Source: a virus. From it: a stretch of 64,000 nucleotides of DNA. The DNA lies in the IMG/VR virus record IMGVR_UViG_3300020200_000009, positions 1-64,000 of that record; one strand, given 5' to 3'. The notes under the pieces are model-generated. The model was not told where the DNA came from, did no database searches, and worked only from the letters and a program-made list of their open reading frames with translations. The position numbers and the translations under genes are program-made. Shown here one piece after another: positions 47,491-57,292 of this stretch. Every line of letters begins with the position of its first letter. Within the stretch, counting starts at the first letter, position 1.

Positions 47491-50400
47491 ATGGCAAATA
47501 GAATTCAACTAAGACGAGATGGTGCTCAACAATGGGCAAATGTTAACCCAATTCTTGCACAAGGAGAGTTGGGAATTGAAATCGATACATCTCGTATCAA
47601 AATTGGTGATGGTGTTACAGCATGGAACTCTCTCAAGTATGAGAGACCCATTGAGTCGGAATCTAATACTGCCAATACTCTGGTAAAAAGAAACGCAGAT
47701 GGTAACTTCGAAGCAGGTGCTATTACTGCTTCACTTATTGGTAATGCTTCAACTGCAAGTAGACTAGCAAACGCTCGTCAAATCACCCTTGGTGGTGACA
47801 TGACAGGTAGTGGCACATTTGATGGGTCCTCGAATCTTACAATCACTGCTGAATTAAACTACGTTCCTGCTCTTCCACACTACGATCCTCTAGATTTAGA
47901 TGCTACAGGCACATATACCCGTTTTACCGTAGACTCTCGTGGACGTATTGTTGATGCTGATACTCCAACTACTCTTGCTCAGTATAATATAGTTGATGCA
48001 CAAGCATTAGATTCTGACTTGACATCGCTCGCGAGCATGACTGGTTTTGGATTTATTTCACGTGAAGCTGTAGGCACTTTAGTTAATCGTACTATCACTG
48101 GTGGTAGTGGTCGTATTATTGTGCAAAATGGTAGTGCCCAAACAGCAAATCCATTCCTTGACCTTGCAGATACTACAGTTGTTGTGGGTAAATACAATCC
48201 CATCACAGCGATGGACCCGCTAGTTAATCCAAAAATATCTGCAACAACTGGTGAGCAAACTGTTAATACTTGCAACTTACAAGTTGACAGATATGGTCGT
48301 TTAATTTATGCTAATACTTCACCCATTGCTACAGCAACCCAGGGCGCGAAGAATGGCACATCATTTTCTAATTATAATAATTCTACAGCATATCCTAGAT
48401 TTTCAAAAGTTATTGCAACTAATGGGAGATGTTATCAAGCAGCGATTAGGGATATTCCAGCTGGACTTGGAGAACCGTCACACAACACCCAGGATGGTGC
48501 TGCAGACGATCAAGGTGGATGGAGAGACTTGGGTACTGATGCCATCGAGCAAAAAGGTCTGGCGAGTTTTGACCAAGAAGACTTTGACGTAGATGCAAAT
48601 GGACATGTAACAATTGCTGCTGCAGCAATTGAAAATACACAACTACAATCTCTCGGTAGATTGATGTTTACTGACCAAAGTTCTACTGAGGTATTCGAAC
48701 TTGACACCGAGCGTACGATTAATAATGCATATCACGGCATTACCTCTATTAACCATGTTAATGTTAACAACAGGACTGGTAATAGCGTCTTTCGTGTCGT
48801 TGGTTATAATACTACTGAATATCCATATCAACCTGGAATTCTCCCTCAGGGATCTTCCTATCCCGCTGTTGCTGCTGATACTCAATATGGTAATGGCAGT
48901 TCTAACTCGGGATCTTCATTTACTGGTGCTTTTGACCTTAATCTCGACACTACCATCTCTGGTAACATCACTCTTGATGTCTCAAAAACAAATCAATTTA
49001 TAAAGCGCACTAGCGGTAATGTTGACTTCCATCTTCAAATCAATGAAAATGCATCTCGTAATTTAAATATCTATGCAGAAAATGCACATACAACAGGTTT
49101 AGCAAATATTAACATCATTGCTGATAATGAAATCACTATTACTAGCACGGATGGTAATTATTTTGTTAACGTAGAAGATTATAGATTCCAACAGAATACT
49201 CTTAGCACTCGTAATGCTACGATGATTCTTGACCCAGGTGATGATGATGCTATTACTGGTCTTGTCCAAATTCGTGGTGATTTGCAAGTAGATGGTGTAA
49301 CTACAACTGTTAATTCGGTTGTAATGACTGTCCAAGACCCTATCATTACCTTAGGTGGTGAGGATGTTCTTACAAGTGATGACAATAAAGACCGTGGTAT
49401 CGAATTTAGGTATTATGATACTCAACAACGTTTTGGTTTCTTTGGATGGGATGAAAATTATGCAAATGCTAATATCTGGAATGGCACTGGCGGGTATCGC
49501 TTCCTCTACAATGCGACTAACACCAATGAAGTTTTTACTGGCACTGACGCTGCTCTCATTGCTGGTAACCTCCGACTCACAACAAACACAAACTCAACTA
49601 GTACAACTACAGGCACTTTAGTAGTTACTGGTGGATTTGGTCTTTCTGGAAATGCTCACATTGGGGGCAATGTCACCATTGCAGATTATCTAGAAGTAAA
49701 TGATACTATTCTTTTGAAGTCGGATAATGAAGACTTCTTAATTCAAACTGGCGCAGGAGTTACTAAATTTAGTGTAGATTCTGATAATGGTAATACTGTA
49801 ATTGAGGGCACATTAGATGTGCAACTTGAGACTGAAATTACTGATAACCTTATCATTTCTGCCGACGCTAAAGAATTTATTATTCGGACTGCTGGTAATA
49901 TTAATAAGTTTACAGTTGATACTGATAACGGAAATACTGATATCCAAGGCACTCTCCACGTTGTCAATTCTGTTGATTTTGATAATGCTTTTAATGTCGA
50001 TGGTGCTGTAACATTTAATAGCACTTTAGATGTTGATGATGATGTAGTTTTTCATAATGACTTCTTAATGGATGTCAGTGGGAAATTCTTTACTATAACT
50101 AACGGGACATCCCAAAAATTCCGAATTGATACAGCAACTGGTAACACTGATATTGAAGGCACATTGAATGTTGCCGCATTTAATACATTTGAGCGCACAA
50201 ATAATATTGTAGTCGATGCCGTAGCATCTGAATCTGACATCACTTTGACTACTCAGGGTAATGCAACATTCCAAGGTGGTGTTAATATTGAGAAAGATGT
50301 CCGTATTGCGACAGACCTTTACGTTGCTGACCGCATCGTAGTTAAAGATGCTGGCACTGCTCGCACTCGTCCATCATTACTTAACAACCTTGATGTAAAA

Positions 50401-53400
50401 TATCATCAATATATTGGTGCAAGTGCTGCACATAATGCAACTTTTGCAAATGACCCAGGTGCCAACTTAAGGATTGCTGGTGGAGTTGGTATTGTAGATG
50501 ACCTCCATATTGGCGACGATCTTTTTATTGGTAAAGTTGGAGTTAACGATACTGTAGAATTTCAAGTTTTAGGTGAATCTGGAGCTACTACTATTGGTAG
50601 AGATGGTCAAGGTAATGCTACTGATGGTAGTCTTACTGTCCATGGTGATGTTATCTTTAATAGAAATGTAACATTAAATGGTAGTGCACTTACATTAGGT
50701 AATGAATCCTCAGATGCATTAGCAATAAATGCAACATCTACATTCAATGCTGGAGTATCTCTTTCTGGGTCAAATAATCTTTCCGTTGGCGGAAACGTTT
50801 CTATAACGGGTAATCTTACAGTCAATGGTAGCACCACAACTGTAAATTCGACTACCGTTACAGTTGATGACCCAATCATTACTTTGGGTGGAGACACTGC
50901 TCCAACCTCAAATGATGCTAAAGATAGAGGTGTTGAATTTAGATATTTTGCTGGCGGTGCTGCTAGACTTGGATTCTTTGGATGGGATGAGTCTGCAGGA
51001 AGATATTCATTCTTAAACACTGCGACAAATACATCTGAGGTCTACGCAGGCACTCGCTCAGGCATTGATGCTGGGTCGTTAAAACTATTTGATACCACAA
51101 ATGCTACTAGTCCTTCTAGCGGCACTCTTGTCGTTGGTGGCGGTGCTGGTATTGGTCTCAAATTATTTGTAGGTTCAGACCTCTCAGTGTCTGGTGGTGC
51201 AACAATTACTGGAGCAACTACACTCTCGTCTACTCTGAGTGTTGCTGGTGATTTCAATGTTTCTACAACATTTACTGTAGATGACACGACTGGTAATACA
51301 TTTGCTAATGGCACATTTACTGTTAATGGTAATGCTGCAATTGGTAATGCATCATCAGATGCTCATACATTTTTAGGTACAGTTGCTTTTAACCAACCAA
51401 TTACTTCTACTGATATTACAGCAGACCAAATCAAAATTGGTGTTGATGCATCAAATGAAATTAGTACTACTGCTGGTAATTTAATCCTTGATTCCTTTGC
51501 TGGCACTGTTGCGATAGACGATAATGCTACTGTTGCTGGCACTTTAGGAGTTACTGGTGTAACCACACTTTCTTCTGCATTGGTAGTAAATGGTAATGCC
51601 ACAATTGGTGATGCTGGCACTGATGCTCATACTGTCAATGGCACTGTGCAATTCAATCATGCAATTACAGGTGCTGCTCGTGCAAATATCCGAAATATTA
51701 AAATTGGCACTGATGGGTCTTCAGAAATTAGCACAAGCGCAGGTAATCTCATTTTAGATTCCTTTACAGGACTTACACAAGTTGATGATAATTTGAGTGT
51801 AGTTGGCACATTATCTGTTGGTGGTAATACTGCAATTGGGGATGCTGCAACTGATGCTCATACAGTTACAGGTACAATTACTTTTAACCAAGCAATTACC
51901 TCTACTGATATTACTGCAGACACCATTAAGATTGGTGTTGACGGGTCTTCAGAAATTAGCACAACAGCAGGCAACCTCGTCTTAGATTCTTTTACAGGGA
52001 CTACTCAAGTTGATGATAATCTTTCAGTATCTGGCACTTCTTTGCTTACGGGTCAAACTACAGTTACCGATAACATTATTCTTAATGCAGCATCTAAGTC
52101 ATTTATTATCAGAAGCAATCTTGTAGATAAATTCACTGTTGACTCTTCGACTGGTAATACTACTATCGCAGGTAGTTTGGGTGTTACAGGTGCCACCACA
52201 TTGAGTAGCACTCTTGCAGTAACAAGTGGTGTTACATTATCGAGTACTCTTGGTGTTACTGGGCAAGTATCAGTTACTAATGCAACTAATCCATCTATCG
52301 CGCCCAATAATTTTGCAAATCTTTTACAACCAGCATTCAAAGTAACTGGTGGGATGCAGGTTGGTGGACACCTTGCCGTCGCTTCTAATCTTAGAGTATA
52401 TGGCGACTTTGAGATCGACGGCAACGTTCTGACAACTGGTAACCAAGGATTCACTGGTAGAGTAACATTTAATAGGAATGAAACTCCAACAACTCTTGCC
52501 AGTGGTGCGCCATTGATGATTCCTAATGGTGGTGCAACTATTGCAACAGATTTGTTTGTAGGATCTGATATTTTTATTGGTGCAAATAATGCTACTAAAA
52601 TTTCACTTTTTGGGGATACAGGTAATGCAACATTTGCTGGGACTCTTGGGGTTACAGGTAATACTACATTAGGGATTCTTGGATGCTCAACCCTTACTAC
52701 TTCTGGGACAGCAAATATTGCAGGATCTCTACTGGTTAACACAAACAAATTTACTGTTATAGCAGCAAGTGGTAATACTTCTGTTGCTGGCACATTAGCT
52801 GTTACTGGTAATACTACACTTACAGGCGCCCTGAATGTTATTAGTGCAGTAGATTTTGATAGCACTCTGAATGTTGATGGTGCCACTACATTTAATAATA
52901 CCATCACTCAGAATAGCACTTCACTCTTTAAAGATAATTTTGTATTACAGGGTGCTTCTAAAGTATTACAACTAAAAGATGGTGCAGGGAATATCAAGGT
53001 TGAAATGCAATCTACCAGTGGTAATATTACTGCTAATGGATTAGTTTCTTCTAATACTCTTGCAACAAGTAGTAATGCTACAGTTGGTGGGACTCTTGGG
53101 GTTACAGGTCAAATTACTGGTAATGTAACGGGTAATCTCACAGGGATTGCAGATAAGAGTAATCTGGTTAACATTACAGAAACTGCATCATCAAACCTTT
53201 CATATTTTATTCCATTTGTATCTACAAACTCTGGATACACTGAAGTCCGTACGGATTCTAGCAACCTTACATATAATCCTAGCACTAACACACTTCAAGT
53301 TAATAACTTTAAATCAACTACTGACTTTGAAGTCCAAGGTAACCTGAATGTTACTGGTACTATTAGTTTCTTCCAATCAACAGTTGGTAGTATTGCTAAC

Positions 53401-54396
53401 CATACTACAAATGCACTTGCAGAAGGCACATCAAATCTTTACTTCACTAATGAAAGAGTTGATGATAGAGTTGCTGCTCTGATTAATGGTGGCACGGGTA
53501 TTGCTGCATCTTACGATGATGCTGGCAATGTTTTGAGTCTTTCTGTTGACTTTGGAGAAATTAGCACTACAAATCTGACCGAAGGCACCAAACTATTCTA
53601 TACCCAAGCAAGATTTGATACTGCATTTACTGCTAAAACAACAACGAATCTAGCAGAAGGCACTAATTTATACTACACCCAAGCAAGATTTGATACTGCA
53701 TTTACTGCTAAAACAACAACGAATCTAGCAGAAGGCACTAATTTATACTACACCCAAGCAAGATTTGATACTGCATTTGCTGCAAAATCAACAACAAATC
53801 TAGCGGAAGGCACTAATTTATTCTATACAGATGAAAGAGTCGATGACAGAGTTGCTGCTCTGATTATTGGTGGCACTGGAATTTCTTCCACCTACAATGA
53901 CACGGCAAATACATTAACATTAGCAGTAGACTTTACCGAATTTTCTACCACTAATATTGTTGAAGGCACTAATTTATACTACACCCAAGCAAGATTTGAT
54001 ACTGCATTTACAGCAAAATCAACTACTAATCTGACGGAAGGCACGAATCAATACTTTACAAATGCAAGAGCAAGATCTGCAATTAGTGTTTCTGGATCGT
54101 TAGGTTATAATTCATCCACTGGTGTTATTTCATATACTGCTCCAACAGTTACTGCCTTCGGGCAAAGTCTTATTGATGATGTTGATGCTGCAGCAGCTCG
54201 AACAACCTTAGGTCTGGGTACTGCTGCTACAACTGCTAGCACTGCATATGCAACATCTGCTCAAGGTTCTACTGCCGATGATACTAGTAGTGATTTGAAT
54301 GCTCTTTATGCTGCTTTAAGAGCAATTGGAAATGATGTTAATGTCACTGATATCACAACACTTAAAGCTGCTCTTGCTGCACTCACTCGCCCTTAA
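47491..54396 (+). CDS. Long tail fibre / fibre-like protein (2301 aa)
   Basis: MANRIQLRRD..W...NPILAQGELGIEIDT..KIGDG (Mtd/hyaluronidase-N-like); Gly/Thr-rich beta repeats; TNL.EGTNLY repeats. Confidence 0.85.
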   Translation: MANRIQLRRDGAQQWANVNPILAQGELGIEIDTSRIKIGDGVTAWNSLKYERPIESESNTANTLVKRNADGNFEAGAITASLIGNASTASRLANARQITLGGDMTGSGTFDGSSNLTITAELNYVPALPHYDPLDLDATGTYTRFTVDSRGRIVDADTPTTLAQYNIVDAQALDSDLTSLASMTGFGFISREAVGTLVNRTITGGSGRIIVQNGSAQTANPFLDLADTTVVVGKYNPITAMDPLVNPKISATTGEQTVNTCNLQVDRYGRLIYANTSPIATATQGAKNGTSFSNYNNSTAYPRFSKVIATNGRCYQAAIRDIPAGLGEPSHNTQDGAADDQGGWRDLGTDAIEQKGLASFDQEDFDVDANGHVTIAAAAIENTQLQSLGRLMFTDQSSTEVFELDTERTINNAYHGITSINHVNVNNRTGNSVFRVVGYNTTEYPYQPGILPQGSSYPAVAADTQYGNGSSNSGSSFTGAFDLNLDTTISGNITLDVSKTNQFIKRTSGNVDFHLQINENASRNLNIYAENAHTTGLANINIIADNEITITSTDGNYFVNVEDYRFQQNTLSTRNATMILDPGDDDAITGLVQIRGDLQVDGVTTTVNSVVMTVQDPIITLGGEDVLTSDDNKDRGIEFRYYDTQQRFGFFGWDENYANANIWNGTGGYRFLYNATNTNEVFTGTDAALIAGNLRLTTNTNSTSTTTGTLVVTGGFGLSGNAHIGGNVTIADYLEVNDTILLKSDNEDFLIQTGAGVTKFSVDSDNGNTVIEGTLDVQLETEITDNLIISADAKEFIIRTAGNINKFTVDTDNGNTDIQGTLHVVNSVDFDNAFNVDGAVTFNSTLDVDDDVVFHNDFLMDVSGKFFTITNGTSQKFRIDTATGNTDIEGTLNVAAFNTFERTNNIVVDAVASESDITLTTQGNATFQGGVNIEKDVRIATDLYVADRIVVKDAGTARTRPSLLNNLDVKYHQYIGASAAHNATFANDPGANLRIAGGVGIVDDLHIGDDLFIGKVGVNDTVEFQVLGESGATTIGRDGQGNATDGSLTVHGDVIFNRNVTLNGSALTLGNESSDALAINATSTFNAGVSLSGSNNLSVGGNVSITGNLTVNGSTTTVNSTTVTVDDPIITLGGDTAPTSNDAKDRGVEFRYFAGGAARLGFFGWDESAGRYSFLNTATNTSEVYAGTRSGIDAGSLKLFDTTNATSPSSGTLVVGGGAGIGLKLFVGSDLSVSGGATITGATTLSSTLSVAGDFNVSTTFTVDDTTGNTFANGTFTVNGNAAIGNASSDAHTFLGTVAFNQPITSTDITADQIKIGVDASNEISTTAGNLILDSFAGTVAIDDNATVAGTLGVTGVTTLSSALVVNGNATIGDAGTDAHTVNGTVQFNHAITGAARANIRNIKIGTDGSSEISTSAGNLILDSFTGLTQVDDNLSVVGTLSVGGNTAIGDAATDAHTVTGTITFNQAITSTDITADTIKIGVDGSSEISTTAGNLVLDSFTGTTQVDDNLSVSGTSLLTGQTTVTDNIILNAASKSFIIRSNLVDKFTVDSSTGNTTIAGSLGVTGATTLSSTLAVTSGVTLSSTLGVTGQVSVTNATNPSIAPNNFANLLQPAFKVTGGMQVGGHLAVASNLRVYGDFEIDGNVLTTGNQGFTGRVTFNRNETPTTLASGAPLMIPNGGATIATDLFVGSDIFIGANNATKISLFGDTGNATFAGTLGVTGNTTLGILGCSTLTTSGTANIAGSLLVNTNKFTVIAASGNTSVAGTLAVTGNTTLTGALNVISAVDFDSTLNVDGATTFNNTITQNSTSLFKDNFVLQGASKVLQLKDGAGNIKVEMQSTSGNITANGLVSSNTLATSSNATVGGTLGVTGQITGNVTGNLTGIADKSNLVNITETASSNLSYFIPFVSTNSGYTEVRTDSSNLTYNPSTNTLQVNNFKSTTDFEVQGNLNVTGTISFFQSTVGSIANHTTNALAEGTSNLYFTNERVDDRVAALINGGTGIAASYDDAGNVLSLSVDFGEISTTNLTEGTKLFYTQARFDTAFTAKTTTNLAEGTNLYYTQARFDTAFTAKTTTNLAEGTNLYYTQARFDTAFAAKSTTNLAEGTNLFYTDERVDDRVAALIIGGTGISSTYNDTANTLTLAVDFTEFSTTNIVEGTNLYYTQARFDTAFTAKSTTNLTEGTNQYFTNARARSAISVSGSLGYNSSTGVISYTAPTVTAFGQSLIDDVDAAAARTTLGLGTAATTASTAYATSAQGSTADDTSSDLNALYAALRAIGNDVNVTDITTLKAALAALTRP
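53602..53778 (+). repeat. Perfect 75-bp tandem repeat (~2.4 copies) in the tail fibre, plus a 50-bp exact copy at 53962-54011
   Basis: Unit ACCCAAGCAAGATTTGATACTGCATTTACTGCTAAAACAACAACGAATCTAGCAGAAGGCACTAATTTATACTAC starts at 53602, 53677 and 53752. Confidence 0.92.
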
Positions 54397-54402
54397 TAAC
54401 TA

Positions 54403-55203
54403 ATGTCAACTCCAACTTCTAAAGCAGAATTAAAAGAATATTGTCTTCGTAGACTGGGTAAACCAGTTTTGGAAATCAATGTTTCTAACGATCAAGTAGA
54501 TGATGCGGTAGATTACACTTTACAGAAATTTCAACAATTTCATTACGATGGTGCTGAGCGAGTCTATTTAAAGCATAAAATTACTCAAGATGTTTTAGAT
54601 CGAGCAAAGACTTCAACAAATACACAATCTAAGGCAGGTAACGATACTTGGAAAGAGGGAAATGGTTATATTGAAGTCCCAGAGCATATCCTTGCTATAG
54701 AAGGTCTTTTTTCTTTTACAGATAAAGGTACAGCAAATATTTTTGATATTCGTTATCAAATGCGTCTCAACGATTTGTATGATTTTACATCTACCCAATT
54801 TTATCATTACTACATGATTCAACAGCATTTGGAAACTATTGATTTTCTTCTTGAAGGAATGAAACCGATTCGTTATAGTCAAGTGCAAGATAGACTTTAT
54901 ATTGATTGGGATTGGCCAGCTGATGCTCAATTAAATCAATTTATTGTAGTTAAGGCATGGAGAGCACTTGACCCAAATACATGGACTGAAATCTACAATC
55001 AGATGTGGGTCAAAGATTATGCTACTGCTAAAATTAAAAAGCAGTGGGGGCAAAATCTCACCAAGTTTACAGGCGTGCAAATGCCTGGAGGTGTTAGTCT
55101 TAATGGTGAGATGATTTATAATGATGCTGTTGAGGAGTTAAAAAATTTAGATGAGCAACTTCGCACTACATGGGAAACACCACCGTTGGACATGATCGGA
55201 TAA
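54403..55203 (+). CDS. gp13: Neck protein gp13
   Basis: LKEYCLRRLGKPVLEINV, HYDG, KKQWGQNLTKF.GVQMPGGV.LNG. Confidence 0.95.
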   Translation: MSTPTSKAELKEYCLRRLGKPVLEINVSNDQVDDAVDYTLQKFQQFHYDGAERVYLKHKITQDVLDRAKTSTNTQSKAGNDTWKEGNGYIEVPEHILAIEGLFSFTDKGTANIFDIRYQMRLNDLYDFTSTQFYHYYMIQQHLETIDFLLEGMKPIRYSQVQDRLYIDWDWPADAQLNQFIVVKAWRALDPNTWTEIYNQMWVKDYATAKIKKQWGQNLTKFTGVQMPGGVSLNGEMIYNDAVEELKNLDEQLRTTWETPPLDMIG

Positions 55204-55204
55204 T

Positions 55205-56080
55205 ATGGCACTCAATCCATTCTTTACTCAAGGCACTACGGGAGAGCAAAATCTACTGGAGGATTTAGTTGCAGAGCAGATTAAAATGTTCGGGAAAAAT
55301 GTTTACTACATTCCTAGGACTTTAGTTAAAGAGGATACAATTTTTACAGAAGATACCCTATCACGATTTGATAGTGCATTTGAAATTGAAGTTTATCTTG
55401 AAGATGCTATTGGGTTTAGGGGTGATAAGGATATGTTTACTAAATTTGGTTTGAGGATTTCAGACCAGGTAACGTTTATTGTTTCTAAGAAAAGATTTAA
55501 ACAAGCAGTAGACGATAATACAACTTTAATTGTAGAAGGGAGACCAAATGAAGGAGACCTTATTCATTTTTCAATGGTCGGAAAAACTTTTGAAATCCAG
55601 TATGTTGAGCATGAAGTGCCCTTCTTCCAGTTGGGCAAAGTGTATGTTTGGGGTCTCAGATGTGAGCTCTTTGAATTCAGCGATGAGGACATCGATACAG
55701 GAGTCCCAGAGGTTGATGCTATCCAAACCAACTTTGCAAATGCAATCACACTCACCTTGCTTGCAGGTGGGACAGGAAACTTTACCCCTGGTGAGACTAT
55801 TACGGGATCCGTTACCAATTCTACTGCTGATGTGAAAACTTGGGATAGTGCCACTGGTAAACTTGTTGTTATTAATAGGTCGGGTAGATTTAGTATTCCT
55901 GAAACTATCACTGGGAATACTAGTCTTGCATCTTGGACAACAGGGAATTTCAATACGATAAATAATGTGAATGATGATACAGATCAGAATTTCGATATTG
56001 AAATCAAAGCCGATGCGATTCTTGATTTTACAGAAGGAAATCCATTTGGTGACTACGGCAATAAAGGTGGGACAGTCTAA
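55205..56080 (+). CDS. gp14: Neck protein gp14
   Basis: MALNPFF, EQIKMFG..VYYIPR, KFG, RPNEGDLI, PFFQLGK, DFTEGNPFG. Confidence 0.93.
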   Translation: MALNPFFTQGTTGEQNLLEDLVAEQIKMFGKNVYYIPRTLVKEDTIFTEDTLSRFDSAFEIEVYLEDAIGFRGDKDMFTKFGLRISDQVTFIVSKKRFKQAVDDNTTLIVEGRPNEGDLIHFSMVGKTFEIQYVEHEVPFFQLGKVYVWGLRCELFEFSDEDIDTGVPEVDAIQTNFANAITLTLLAGGTGNFTPGETITGSVTNSTADVKTWDSATGKLVVINRSGRFSIPETITGNTSLASWTTGNFNTINNVNDDTDQNFDIEIKADAILDFTEGNPFGDYGNKGGTV

Positions 56081-56883
56081 TGCTAGGAACATATGCATAT
56101 CACGAAATTATTAGAAAGACAGTAGTCAGTTTTGGCACACTGTTTAATAATATTGAAATTCGTCGCACTTCTGGAAGTAAAACAGAAGTTATGAAAGTGC
56201 CTTTGGCATATGGTCCAAAACAAAAGTTTTTATCAAGACTAAGAGCTATTGGTGATTTAAGTAAAAAAGACCAAGTGCAAATTACTTTGCCACGTCTTTA
56301 TTTTGAAATTACTGGTATTTCATATGATGCAACTCGTAAGTTATCTCCAACCCAAGTTATTCGTCATACAAAAAATGATGGGACTGAAACTAAAGTTTTT
56401 ATGCCTGTCCCATATAATTTAAATTTTGAGTTAGGGATTCTTGCAAAAAATCAAGATGATGGTTTACAAATCTTAGAGCAAATCCTTCCATTCTTTCAAC
56501 CAAGTTTTAATATCACAATGAATTTGGTTTCAGAAGTTGGAGAAAAAAGAGACTTCCCAGTCACTCTAACATCAGTAGATTACTCAGATGATTATGAGGG
56601 TGACTTTGATACTCGTAGGACATTAATCTATACCTTACAGTTTACCTGCAAAACTTATCTGTATGGTCCTGTTAGTGACGCTACTAACTCTCTTATCAAG
56701 AAAGTGCAGGTTGATATGGCAACTCGTGTAGATGTTACTGCCCCTAGAGAAGTGCGTTATACAGTAACACCAGATCCTATTAACGCAGATCCAGATGATA
56801 ATTTTGGATTCAATGAAATTTATAGTGAGTTTACAGATGCAAAATCATGGAATCCAGTGACGGGACAAGATGAAGACATTTGA
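56080..56883 (+). CDS. gp15: Tail sheath stabiliser / completion protein gp15
   Basis: YHEIIRKTVVSFGTLFNNI, VPLAYGPKQKFL, MPVPYN, QILEQILPFFQP. Confidence 0.95.
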   Translation: MLGTYAYHEIIRKTVVSFGTLFNNIEIRRTSGSKTEVMKVPLAYGPKQKFLSRLRAIGDLSKKDQVQITLPRLYFEITGISYDATRKLSPTQVIRHTKNDGTETKVFMPVPYNLNFELGILAKNQDDGLQILEQILPFFQPSFNITMNLVSEVGEKRDFPVTLTSVDYSDDYEGDFDTRRTLIYTLQFTCKTYLYGPVSDATNSLIKKVQVDMATRVDVTAPREVRYTVTPDPINADPDDNFGFNEIYSEFTDAKSWNPVTGQDEDI

Positions 56884-57280
56884 TGGTATTGAAGATGCTT
56901 TGGATGTAGAGACTTCTATAGTCCCAGTAGATGAGACTGCAATTTCTCAGGCAAATCCTACTACAACAAAAGACCAACTAAAAAAGGATTATGAATATAC
57001 AAGAGCAAATTTGTATAGTCTAATCGAAAAGGGACAAGAAGCAGTTGATGGTATTCTTGAATTAGCACAAGAATCTGACCAACCTCGGGCATATGAAGTT
57101 GCTGGTCAACTAATTAAACATATTGGAGATGTTGCTGATAAACTTGTAGACCTTCAAAAGAAGGTAAATGAAATTGAAAATCCAAAGAAAGAAAAGCAAA
57201 TTACCACAACAAATAACACCATGTTTGTTGGTAGCACTGCAGATCTTGCAAAGTTTTTAAAGTCTCAAACAGATAAATAA
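56870..57280 (+). CDS. gp16: Terminase small subunit gp16
   Basis: DYEYTRANLYSLIEKGQEA, PRAYEVAGQLIK, FVGSTADL. Confidence 0.95.
   Translation: MKTFDGIEDALDVETSIVPVDETAISQANPTTTKDQLKKDYEYTRANLYSLIEKGQEAVDGILELAQESDQPRAYEVAGQLIKHIGDVADKLVDLQKKVNEIENPKKEKQITTTNNTMFVGSTADLAKFLKSQTDK
57273..57279 (+). promoter_or_regulatory. Late promoter ATAAATA
   Basis: Overlaps the gp16 stop; upstream of the 57293/57305 start. Confidence 0.65.
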
Positions 57281-57292
57281 TCATAGGAATAT

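Noticed and set aside
53602-54011. Possible DGR template/variable repeat or CRISPR-like array
   Set aside because: Repeats are in-frame, tandem and spacer-less, differences are not adenine-specific, and no reverse transcriptase or cas gene is in the window
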